This document shows positions 8,731 through 17,520 of a stretch of 32,000 bases of DNA, one piece after another. Origin of the DNA: an uncultured Nitrospiraceae bacterium (GTDB taxonomy: Bacteria > Nitrospirota > Nitrospiria > Nitrospirales > Nitrospiraceae); assembly GCA_963801725.1 (NCBI GenBank), contig CAWDFX010000002.1:1507231-1539230 (forward strand), in the 5' to 3' direction. Position 1 is the stretch's first letter. The number at the start of each line of letters is the position of its first letter. A program made the position numbers and the translations under genes. The notes below the pieces were generated by a model, which ran no database searches, was not told where the DNA came from, and worked only from the letters and a program-made list of their open reading frames with translations.

Positions 8731-10596
8731 ATGGCTAGCTCAACCACCCAGCCCGAATTGCTTGCTGAACTACAGAACAAGGCCACACAGCTCCGGATCG
8801 GGAGCGTTCGTGCAACGAGTGAAGCCGGGAGCGGGCATCCCTCCAGCTGCTGCTCCGCCGCGGACATCGTCGCCGCCCTTTTCTTTTCCGTCATGCGCTA
8901 TGACCCCAAGAATCCGAAAGCTCCCAATAGCGATCGGTTCGTGCTGTCAAAAGGCCATGCCGCCCCACTGCTGTATGCCGCCTGGGCGGAAGCAGGTCTC
9001 TTTCCGAAAAGCGATCTCTTGAAATTGCGCACGTTGACCTCAGATCTGGAAGGGCACCCGACCCCTCGCTTGTCGTTTGTCGATATGGCAACGGGTTCAT
9101 TGGGGCAAGGCCTTCCGGTCGGCATCGGCATCGCCCTGAATGCAAAATTCGTCGACAAACTGGATCACCGAACTTACGTCTTGATGGGCGATGGAGAATC
9201 CGTCGAGGGGTCGGTATGGGAAGCGGCTGAAGTCGCGCGCCATCATGGTTTGGATAACCTCTGCGCCATTGTCGATGTCAATCGACTGGGTCAAAGCGAC
9301 CCCACCATGCTGCAACACGACATGGAGGCGTATCGCTCCCGGTGGGCCGGTTTTGGCTGGCAGGCGTTGGTGGTTGACGGGCACGATCTTTCAGCTGTGC
9401 TCGCGGCATTCGATACCGCTGCCGCCACCAAAGGCAGACCGACGGTTCTCCTCGCCAAAACGTTCAAGGGCAAGGGGATCTCCTTCATGGAGAATCATCC
9501 AGGCTGGCATGGGAAGGCGACTGCGAAAGGCGAGGAAACCCAGAAGGCGATCGATGAGTTGACCAAGCAGTTGAAGCCGGGCAGCACCGCCATTTCAGTG
9601 AAGAAACCCGCGACGCCGGTTCAGGGGGCTTCATCGATCAATCCTCTCCCACCGTCGCCCTACAAAGTGGGCGACGCTGTCGCGACGCGCGAAGCGTTCG
9701 GCGTTGCCCTGGAGGCGCTTGGCGCAGTGAACCCACTGGTTGTGGGACTCGATGCGGACGTCAAGAATTCGACCTATACCGATAAGTTCGGCAAGAAATT
9801 TCCTAACCGATTTTTCGAAAACTTCATCGCCGAGCAAAACATGGTCGGCGCAGCAGCTGGCCTTGCGGCTTGCGGTAAAGTCCCGTTTGCGGCGACGTTT
9901 GCCTGTTTCCTCGCCAGGGCATATGACTTCATCCGTATGGCCGCGATCAGTGGTTCGAATATCAAGCTTGTCGGTACACACGTCGGCGTCAGCATCGGGG
10001 AAGATGGTCCCTCGCAAATGGGCTTGGAAGATATCGCGATGATGGCTGCACAACCAGGCGTGACCGTGTTGTATCCGTCCGATGCGACCTGCACGTATCG
10101 GCTGGTCGAAATGGCTGCCGCACACAAGGGAATGGTCTACATTCGGGCCGGCCGCCCAAAGTCTCCGGTGTTGTATGGGCCGGACGAAACGTTCCAGATC
10201 GGCGGATCGAAGGTCATTCGACAAAGCGCGTCGGATGTCCTCACGATCGTCGCAGCTGGCGTCACGCTCTTCGAAGCTTTAAAAGCCTACGAGACTTTGA
10301 AAGCTGCCGGCGTCTCTGTGCGAATCGTCGACCTCTACAGCATCGTCCCCATCGATCGCACCACTCTACTTGACAGTGCGAGGGCCACGCAGGGGCGCAT
10401 CCTCACCGTTGAGGACCATTACGCGCACGGTGGTCTAGGTGACGCAGTGCTCAGCGCGGTTGGACCAGAAGGGATCAAAGTGCATAAGCTTGCAGTTCGC
10501 ACGATTCCACACAGCGGGAAGCCGGACGAACTCATCGACCACTTCGGCATCGGAGCGCGATCGATTGTCGAAGCAGCTAAGCAAATTACAAAGTAA
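8731..10596 (+). CDS. tkt: Transketolase, short single-chain (about 620 aa) type
   Basis: GSGHPSSCCSAADIVAALFF, DRFVLSKGHAAPLLYA, GDGESVEGSVWEA, NRLGQSDPT, IAEQNMVG, GEDGPSQMGLEDIAMM. The sequence is colinear along its whole length with the vertebrate-type TKT as I recall it. Confidence 0.95.
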   Translation: MASSTTQPELLAELQNKATQLRIGSVRATSEAGSGHPSSCCSAADIVAALFFSVMRYDPKNPKAPNSDRFVLSKGHAAPLLYAAWAEAGLFPKSDLLKLRTLTSDLEGHPTPRLSFVDMATGSLGQGLPVGIGIALNAKFVDKLDHRTYVLMGDGESVEGSVWEAAEVARHHGLDNLCAIVDVNRLGQSDPTMLQHDMEAYRSRWAGFGWQALVVDGHDLSAVLAAFDTAAATKGRPTVLLAKTFKGKGISFMENHPGWHGKATAKGEETQKAIDELTKQLKPGSTAISVKKPATPVQGASSINPLPPSPYKVGDAVATREAFGVALEALGAVNPLVVGLDADVKNSTYTDKFGKKFPNRFFENFIAEQNMVGAAAGLAACGKVPFAATFACFLARAYDFIRMAAISGSNIKLVGTHVGVSIGEDGPSQMGLEDIAMMAAQPGVTVLYPSDATCTYRLVEMAAAHKGMVYIRAGRPKSPVLYGPDETFQIGGSKVIRQSASDVLTIVAAGVTLFEALKAYETLKAAGVSVRIVDLYSIVPIDRTTLLDSARATQGRILTVEDHYAHGGLGDAVLSAVGPEGIKVHKLAVRTIPHSGKPDELIDHFGIGARSIVEAAKQITK

Positions 10597-10606
10597 ACCC
10601 TCCCGC

Positions 10607-10631
10607 ACCGCCCTTCCTCATGGGGGGCGGT
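10607..10631 (+). terminator. Hairpin downstream of tkt (candidate terminator, no clear T-tract)
   Basis: accgccc (10607-10613) pairs with gggcggt (10625-10631), a 7-bp GC-rich stem starting 11 nt after the tkt stop. It is followed by attcc, not a U-run. Confidence 0.3.
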
Positions 10632-10785
10632 ATTCCATGCTTGAACATTCTGGCAGGACCGGCACACCAACGTCTGCTTCAGGAACTGACCGAGGCCCGC
10701 TACGCCAGTGGCTGTTCGTGAAGAAACATCAGTCCGGCGATGATCCTGCATCGCGTGCGAAACTGGTCGGATTTCAATCGCCCAC

Positions 10786-11127
10786 TTATGGTGCGTCTTT
10801 TCGAGTCTGGGGGACAGGGGCTGCCGTGATGCAGGACTGCATAATTTCAGCGCGGCATTGCCATGACGTGGCCGCTGTATTGAGATGACGAACCAGTTCT
10901 TCCGGCACGATCATGCCGACGGTGATATCTACCAAGACGTGATCGGGTATGCGATGAAAATGCGCGGCGTTCACACCCTGCAAGGTGAGCAACGCCCTGC
11001 TTAGCTCGTTCTCATGGCTGTCGCAACCAGGTCCTGTCAGCGCGACGGGAACTCTCTCCATGGCAGCCTGGCTGGCTCTGGCCGGCTGAAATACCCCAAG
11101 ACCCACGGTGAGCGCCATCGCCAGCAT
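10786..11127 (-). CDS. Small exported hypothetical protein (about 113 aa), possible ferredoxin-like/HMA-like fold without CxxC
   Basis: The internal start at 11127 gives MLAMALTVGLGVFQPARA|SQA (signal-peptide-like). The upstream part of ORF 10786..11403 is low-complexity. It sits on the same strand directly after the globin gene. The function call is weak. Confidence 0.35.
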   Translation of the reverse strand: MLAMALTVGLGVFQPARASQAAMERVPVALTGPGCDSHENELSRALLTLQGVNAAHFHRIPDHVLVDITVGMIVPEELVRHLNTAATSWQCRAEIMQSCITAAPVPQTRKDAP

Positions 11128-11442
11128 CAGACAGTTGTGCCTGAGCGTGGCCTTGCTGTCTCCATGAGGCTGTGGGCGAGTTGCGGGTACGTTCTTCACA
11201 AAGGGCGTCTGCGTCCGGTTTGCGTATCTGCGATGAGCTGTTCGCGTCATCGGAATACCTGTCAGCAGGGACTCGATCTGAAGCCCTTGGATAGGTTCAT
11301 CGATTTGTTTTAAGATCTCATGGTAGACGGTAATGCGAGTTGTCGGACCCTGCGAAGCTCCGGTTCGGCTGGGTTGCAGTGTTCCTCTCTTGGACGCGTT
11401 CATGGGCAGGCGGCGAGGATCTCACCGCCTGCCCGTTGCCCT

Positions 11443-11889
11443 TTACGGCACTTCGACGATGTCGGACTTCATAGGACCCAGCACGGAAAGGAGTTCGTTC
11501 TTTTCTCTGGCTGGCACGTTGAACGTATCCAATGCCTTGACGAGGTCTTCAACCAGGGCATTGAAGGCAGCCGTCGTGATTTTCATGCCGGCATGCGTTG
11601 TTTTCATGTCTCGCCCCTCATAGGTGCAGGGGCCGCCGCTGGCTTGGCAGACCTGGTCGACCAGTTGTTTTTTCAGTTTCGGCAGATCGGCGTTGGCAAA
11701 ATACCCGTTGATGCGCTTGTCTTGGCCTACGATGCTAACGAACTTGCCGACGACGGCCGTGATAGGGCCTGTTCCACCGAGCCGTTCATAGAGTGAGGGC
11801 AACGGAGCATCGGCTGCCCACACCGGCGCTGAGATCAACAGCAAGGCGACGGTCAGCATAGTCTTGATGGCGCGAGAAAGTTGTTTCAT
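11443..11889 (-). CDS. Group 1 truncated hemoglobin (trHbN-like) with an N-terminal signal peptide
   Basis: Signal peptide MKQLSRAIKTMLTVALLLISAPVWA, then a truncated-globin core (LYERLGG...INGYF...MKTTHAGMKIT...FNALVEDLVKAL). RBS AAAGGAG lies 8 nt upstream of ATG 11889. Confidence 0.85.
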   Translation of the reverse strand: MKQLSRAIKTMLTVALLLISAPVWAADAPLPSLYERLGGTGPITAVVGKFVSIVGQDKRINGYFANADLPKLKKQLVDQVCQASGGPCTYEGRDMKTTHAGMKITTAAFNALVEDLVKALDTFNVPAREKNELLSVLGPMKSDIVEVP

Positions 11890-11962
11890 GAAAGGCGCTC
11901 CTTTTTTGAGAGGTATATGAGGGCTTCCTTCAAATGTACACTTCTATCATATTTCTGGTCGT

Positions 11963-12911
11963 TTAGGGGTTCCAGGGCGTCAGTGGCATCAGCGGAGCAT
12001 CCTTGGCTACCGGTGTAATCGTCAGGGCGGCAATGGCTCCACGAAGGGCTGAAGTGAGCGAATGCGTCACAATCGGGTAGACCCCGGGTGATTCGGAGAC
12101 CAAGTCGAATGTGGCGGCGCTTCCTGGTCCCACAACATAGGTTTGCACCCCTGTGAGTTTATTGGAAGGGTTCCCGCTCTCGTAGACGTTGTCCCAAATC
12201 TCGCCGATCGGGTGGAGCGAGGAAAACTCGTTGGGACCCGCGTTCACAAAATAGATCCGGACACGCTCATTCGGTTTCGCCTCCAGCGCTTCCGCGCCGA
12301 TGAAGAAGGGATGATACTTCCAAATTCCTCCGTTGAAGATCGTATAGTCGAACTTCCGGGCGAACATGGCCTCGACATCGTCGGGGTTACTCCAGAGCTC
12401 TGATTGGACCAACAGAAACTCCCGGTCTGCTTTCGGCCAGACCTTCGGATTCTTGGGATCGACGATAATCGCGCCGAACATGCCGCGCGCGATGTGCTGG
12501 ATCATGGGCGCTGCTCCGCAATGATAGAAAAACACGCCGGGCTTCTTCGCCACAAAGGTGATAGGAAATGGTTTCTCCCGGATTGATGGCCCGATAGTTC
12601 TTCAGGAAATCGATTTCCGCCGCATGGAAGTCCATGGAGTGTTGATAAACATTGGTCTTGGGATTCTCCAGCGTGAAGTTGACAGTGTCACCTTCCGTGA
12701 CCCGCACGGCCGGCCCCGGCATCTGGCCGTTGAACGTCCAGGCCCTATATTTCTTTCCCGTTCCTTCCGTCACGATTTCTACTTCGAGGGCAGTCATCTT
12801 GACGTCATGGGTCTTCGCAGATGCCTCGGAGGGCAATCCCATCAATCCGGCCATCGCAAGGACCATGGCCCCTGCGATGGCCATCAGTTGAGGTGATTGT
12901 CTTTTCATCAT
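11963..12911 (-). CDS. nirK: Copper-containing nitrite reductase NirK, split into two ORFs by a 1-nt frame disruption near 12554-12562
   Basis: The N-terminal ORF carries a signal peptide plus HSMDFHAA (His-x3-Asp... type 1/type 2 Cu region). The C-terminal ORF carries FFYHCGAAPMIQHIARGMFG (His-Cys...His...Met ligand set) and VTHSLTSA (the distal type 2 His region). On the minus strand, tcc tat cac c|ttt gtg gcg aag aag reads ISYH / FVAKKPGVFFYHC, so one base too many or too few separates the halves. ATG 12911 has GAGGAG 7 nt upstream. Confidence 0.85.
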
Positions 12912-13127
12912 GGTTGAACTCCTCTCTGAAATGGTTGAGCGAACCTCTCCAGCCAAATGTACAACTGGTCTTTTCTATGTGAGGGGTCTCACAGGCATTT
13001 CGTCTGTGTGTGAGGAAAAGAATAGCAGAGCCAAATTTTGCAATATGTATCGTAGTGTCCGGTTAAGAGTCAAGCACTTTGACCCAAAACCAGAAAAGTA
13101 GGCCAGCGGAATCTTGCCCACAGCCTA

Positions 13128-13575
13128 CGTGCGGTGTTGGGTCCGCACCGTCAGCCCTTCGTCCGTATACAGCCGATAAATCCGTTTGGCGTTCACCTGC
13201 CACCCTTCCCGTCTCAGCAACACCGTGAGTCGCCGATACCCGAAGCGTACTCGGCTCGCCGCCAACTCTCGCAACCGCATGCGCAACGCCTCCTGCGGAT
13301 CACGGCGACTCCGATACTGTAAGGAGGCTCGCGCCATCGGTAACAGCCTCGAGACCCGGCGCTCACTGACCTGATAGGTCGTTTGCGCCTAGCGTGCCAG
13401 CACACGCCAGTCCCGAGGCCGTACAGCTTTTTTCGCACGATCTCCTGCAGCATATGGCGATCGAGCGAGAGATCTGCCACCAAGCGTTTCAACTTGGCAT
13501 TCTCCTCACGGAGCTGCCGCAGTTCGCGCCGTTCACTGAGGCCCAGCCCCGCATACTTGCGTTTGGCTCCGGGAG
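13128..13575 (-). mobile_element. IS3-family insertion sequence remnant (OrfA C-terminus plus OrfB N-terminus only, no DDE domain)
   Basis: The minus strand reads ...GAKRKYAGLGLSERRELRQLREENAKLKRLVADLSLDRHMLQEIVRKK, followed by the canonical IS3 slippery heptamer A-AAA-AAG (13433..13427). The -1 frame then gives KAVRPRDWRVLAR*AQTTYQVSERRVSRLLPMARASLQYRSRRDPQEALRMRLRELAASRVRFGYRRLTVLLRREGWQVNAKRIYRLY... It contains an in-frame TAG (13391..13389) and is truncated at both ends. Confidence 0.8.
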
Positions 13576-14375
13576 GTAACGATAAGGGCTAGAAATCATT
13601 CGATGATGAAGAATTCTTCACGATCCGTTCACGATCTGCTCATCTGAGGCTGTTACATCGTAGGCAAACGACAGGCCCCCGAATTTTATCTCGGGAATAT
13701 TGAGCAACAGGGTCTGAACATCGACTTGAACAAGCTTTGATGAACACGGGTCTGTACAGCTGGTTCCATTTTGCCAGCAACCAGACGAATGCGGCGAGTA
13801 ACGTTGACATGATCGGGGCGCTGCGAAATTACAGAGCGTCTTATTCACGATTCCAACCCAACCATGCGTACATGTTATGAATGTCGTACGGACCGAGTCG
13901 TCTCCAGGGCTACACTCCCTCCTAGCCTCAAGAATTTCCATTGTGTTATAAAAAGCGGACACGACATATGTTGTCTGCAGGGGGCAAAGGCTGGCATTGA
14001 CAGATTTTTCTGGGGCCTGTATAAGGGCGCCGATCAGATAGGGGAACAACGGCGTTTCCCATCAGCCTCAAGTCATAAATTGATGCGTGGACAATGGCGT
14101 CCTCCAGCCCAAGCGGGCTAGAGGATTTTTTTTGCTCGCATTCGAATCGGCTGAATCACAATGGCGCAGGTGAACTGAGCGATGGGAAAATCTGAGAATA
14201 GCCAGACGTGGGCGATTGGACGGGGAGGGGATTCAGATTGTTATACTGGCGTTGGTTCGACGATGTTGTTGTGGCGAGAGGCTTGCAGGGGGATGCAAGT
14301 AGACAAGTAGGCTGATCTCCGTCTTTCGGTATGTATGATAGAGGCAACCTCGGGAATTGTTTAAGGAGGTGTGAC

Positions 14376-15233
14376 GTGAAGAAGCTGATTGGAAGTATTG
14401 TCGTATTGACAATGGCGACGATTCTGAGTTCTCTGGCTTGGGCACAAGACGGGAAACCACCGGCCCCGCAAGTCAAAACGCGATCTGTGGCGCCTCCTCA
14501 TGACGCCCCCCACTGGAGCTACGAAGGCAAGGATGGCCCTCGATTTTGGGGTAAGCTCGACCCGGATTTTTCGCTTTGTAAAGACGGCCATAAACAGTCG
14601 CCTATCGATATCGGGAAAACCACTCAAGCATCACTTCAGAAACTCGGAGCAGACTTCAGTCCCGCGAAGCTGCAGATCGCGCATCACGAGCATATCGCCG
14701 ACGAGATCAACAATGGCCACACCATCCAGGTCAACTATTCGGAAGGCGATACCCTTACCATTGGAGAAGACAGCTTCGAGCTTATCCAATTCCACTTCCA
14801 TAGTCCGAGCGAGCACACTGTCAAGGGCAAGCATTACCCGATGGAGATGCATTTCGTGCACAAGTCTGCCTCAGGTGCCCTGGCGGTCGTCGGCGTATTC
14901 ATCGAGAAAGGGGCACACAATGTGGCCTTCGACCCTATCTGGTCGAACCTTCCAACGAAAAAGGGAGTCGAGTCACATTTTGAACATGTCCAGGTGAATG
15001 TTGATGATCTTTTGCCGCACAATACTGAGAGCTACCGTTATGATGGTTCTCTGACAACTCCCCCTTGTTCGGAGGGGGTGAGGTGGATCGTGATGAAGTC
15101 TCCTATCCAGCTCTCTGGGGAGCAAATCGGGAAGTTCACGGCGCTCGTCAAGGGGAATAATCGGCCTGTGCAGCCCTTACATCACCGTGTGACTGTGACC
15201 GATGCGGTTACAGAAGAAGTGATGGCGAGATGA
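14376..15233 (+). CDS. Alpha-class carbonic anhydrase, exported
   Basis: HWSYEGKDGP, QSPIDI, NNGHTIQV, QFHFHSPSEH and MEMHFVH (the three Zn His), LTTPPCSEGVRWIV. The likely start is GTG 14376 (VKKLIGSIVVLTMATILSSLAWA signal peptide) with AAGGAGG 6 nt upstream. Confidence 0.9.
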   Translation: MKKLIGSIVVLTMATILSSLAWAQDGKPPAPQVKTRSVAPPHDAPHWSYEGKDGPRFWGKLDPDFSLCKDGHKQSPIDIGKTTQASLQKLGADFSPAKLQIAHHEHIADEINNGHTIQVNYSEGDTLTIGEDSFELIQFHFHSPSEHTVKGKHYPMEMHFVHKSASGALAVVGVFIEKGAHNVAFDPIWSNLPTKKGVESHFEHVQVNVDDLLPHNTESYRYDGSLTTPPCSEGVRWIVMKSPIQLSGEQIGKFTALVKGNNRPVQPLHHRVTVTDAVTEEVMAR

Positions 15234-15323
15234 CGGCCTGAATGGTGGCCACTGGACGAGGTAGATGGAATAATGTGTCAGCAATCGCGGTGTCCGTTCG
15301 GTAGGGACCAGTGTGATTTCCCA

Positions 15324-15362
15324 CTTGTTTGACATGTGTGCATAACACACATGTCAAACAAG
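15324..15362. repeat. Perfect 17-bp inverted repeat (hairpin) with a 5-nt loop in the non-coding spacer
   Basis: cttgtttgacatgtgtg (15324-15340), cataa, cacacatgtcaaacaag (15346-15362). There is no flanking T- or A-tract. It is bracketed by gtaggga (15301) and gtagggc (15363). Confidence 0.7.
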
Positions 15363-16182
15363 AGTAGGGCGATGAACTCAGAAATGCGCCGCCGGCCTCT
15401 CTGCCCTCAGCACAGCTCTATCGGCAAACAGGCTATAGAAGCCTGGTGTGTTGACGGGGCATGATCTTGCACCCCCCATTTGGAAGTGTGTTGGACGCTT
15501 GCCTAAGCGGGAGAATCCCGCATCGAGTGTTACACGCGAAGAGTGAGGACACGCTGTTTGGGGATGAGTTGAATCCAACTACGATCTTAGCAGGAGCGAT
15601 TCCAGGTTGTTTTCTATCAGATAGACTTGGCGATCCGGCGACATATCAAAGTAGGATCCTCGACTGTAATAAAGTGACAGGATGTCTACGAGCACATATC
15701 TTTCACCTATGAACTCAACCAAAGTACATTCGATTCTCGATTTTTCTGTCGTCCGATCTCTATTCGTGTCTGAACACGGTATGTTCCTCGACTAACGACT
15801 GATCTTGCCGGACAATCGCCCCGTGCCCGTCACTTGCTCCGGTTCCGCTAGTCTTCTTTGATTGCAAACACATTGATTCCTCCAAAACTTCGGCGGGTGG
15901 TCGCCGTTATGTCGGCGATCATGCGAAAATCCCCCTGTGGCCAACTGATACTGTCGGATCATGTGCTTGTGAAGTGGCTCTGGGGTAGCATAAACCCCAT
16001 AGATAGAAGCGGTGGAGAGTAAGTATTATGAGTAACTTCAGCGAAGGATAAAATATCGCTCAAATAGAACTAAACGAATAGTCCTGGCAGGAGTTGTTCA
16101 ATTCCGTGCGAACGGTAATCTCTTAGCCGTGGATTCTTAGTATTCGATCGATAGGTCCATTCTATCTATCTTCTCGTTCCAT

Positions 16183-16229
16183 AAAAAAAGCCGATCCGCC
16201 AACCCGTCTCACGACGGGGGCGGATCGGC
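16183..16229 (-). terminator. Rho-independent terminator of amoCAB
   Basis: On the minus strand, 25 nt after the amoB TAA: an 11-bp perfect stem gccgatccgcc/ggcggatcggc (16229..16219 with 16200..16190) enclosing an inner 6-bp stem cccgtc/gacggg, followed immediately by T7 (16189..16183). Confidence 0.85.
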
Positions 16230-16254
16230 ATCACGCTTGGACGTGCTTAAACCC

Positions 16255-17520
16255 TTAGCTTCCTACGGCCCTCGTAAAGACTGGGATGATGTTACCAGCT
16301 ATACTGTTGATATGACGATTTCCGGCTTCGTCCCAAGCCATCACGAGCCCTCCGAAGCGCTGGTCAGGATCGTGGACCAGATCCATCAACCTCTGCACTT
16401 CCCAGAGCGAATCACGTGAGTCGAGCTTGACTTCTCTGCTTTCGCCTGGGTTGATGGGAGACTCATCCTCTATATGCAAGCCGTCTAGGGCCATGATCTC
16501 CGGTGGATAGGTCGGGTCCATATTGTTCGCCACCCCCACCTTGTTAAGGAACCTGATTCCTGCCGTCGTGAATTCTCCGATCCTAAGAGGCTGCTCTCCG
16601 CTGTTGGTGACCTGTAGGGTCATGCGAAGGGCGCGACCAGGAACGTCGTAATCTGCGGTGAGAACCTTGATCGTGAGGTCTGACTTCAAATGAGTCGCCT
16701 TGATCTTTGGCTCACCCGCTTGGAGCGGGATAGTATAAGGGTACTGAGAATCTGTCACGAAGAAACCAATTGCGATTAAGACAAAGCACACCCCTAACAT
16801 ACCAAAGGCCACTACACGGTCGACCGGATCGTTTAGGAGCGCATCTCCTCCCTCTTGCGCCAGCACGCGGGCGCGAATGAGGAACATCGGTCTGATTGAG
16901 AACCAGGCAATCCAGAGAAACCCGAGACTACCCCATAGGGCATGCCAGAAGAGCCCGGCCGCCAGGCCTGCGGTCTCCGTATCGATGGTTCCACCAACCA
17001 GCAACTTCACCGGGTTGGTAAAGTCCTTATAGTTGCCTGTGATATCCATCCAGCCCCCAGGTCCGGCGATAGGGCCGGCCCCATTGACTGCCAACATCGG
17101 GTGGATGTGGTGATGTCCAGGTAACCGGCCTCTCAGCTTGATCACATACTCGTAGTCCCCACCGAGCTCCATTGGGCCAGAGGTGACCATCGGAATTCCG
17201 TTCACTTTCGAGCTGAGACGTGTAAACACCGAACTTGGGCTGCCTACGTTTATGAACGTACGCTTGGGCGCAACAACGGCCCTTGGCCAGTCTTCGGATA
17301 TGTGGATCTTGCCAGACAGCATCGCTTCATCGTTGACGGCGGTCTTCTGCGGATTCCATCTTGTGTCATACCATTGAGCGGTACGCATCCGCAGGAACGG
17401 TTCCTGAGACCGCTCCCCGTGGGCGGCGGCGGGAGAGGCAAAGAACACCAGGGGGAGCCCCAGTGTCGCCATCCCGAGGGAGCCGATCACGCACAATTTA
17501 ATTATGTTTTTGGCGTTCAT
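16255..17520 (-). CDS. amoB: Ammonia monooxygenase subunit B (CuMMO PmoB/AmoB family)
   Basis: The signal peptide ends ...SPAAA|HGERSQEPFLRMRT, so the mature N-terminus is His. Contains GHHHIHPM (HxH copper-site region), two internal TM helices and a C-terminal cupredoxin domain. The start overlaps the amoA stop (ATGA at 17520..17517). Confidence 0.95.
   Translation of the reverse strand: MNAKNIIKLCVIGSLGMATLGLPLVFFASPAAAHGERSQEPFLRMRTAQWYDTRWNPQKTAVNDEAMLSGKIHISEDWPRAVVAPKRTFINVGSPSSVFTRLSSKVNGIPMVTSGPMELGGDYEYVIKLRGRLPGHHHIHPMLAVNGAGPIAGPGGWMDITGNYKDFTNPVKLLVGGTIDTETAGLAAGLFWHALWGSLGFLWIAWFSIRPMFLIRARVLAQEGGDALLNDPVDRVVAFGMLGVCFVLIAIGFFVTDSQYPYTIPLQAGEPKIKATHLKSDLTIKVLTADYDVPGRALRMTLQVTNSGEQPLRIGEFTTAGIRFLNKVGVANNMDPTYPPEIMALDGLHIEDESPINPGESREVKLDSRDSLWEVQRLMDLVHDPDQRFGGLVMAWDEAGNRHINSIAGNIIPVFTRAVGS

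Noticed and set aside
13618-14049. 143-aa Cys-rich minus-strand ORF between the IS3 remnant and the carbonic anhydrase
   Set aside because: It has no signal peptide, no RBS that I could see and no recognisable motif, and it lies in a low-GC spacer. It could be a real orphan gene, but I cannot support that from sequence alone.
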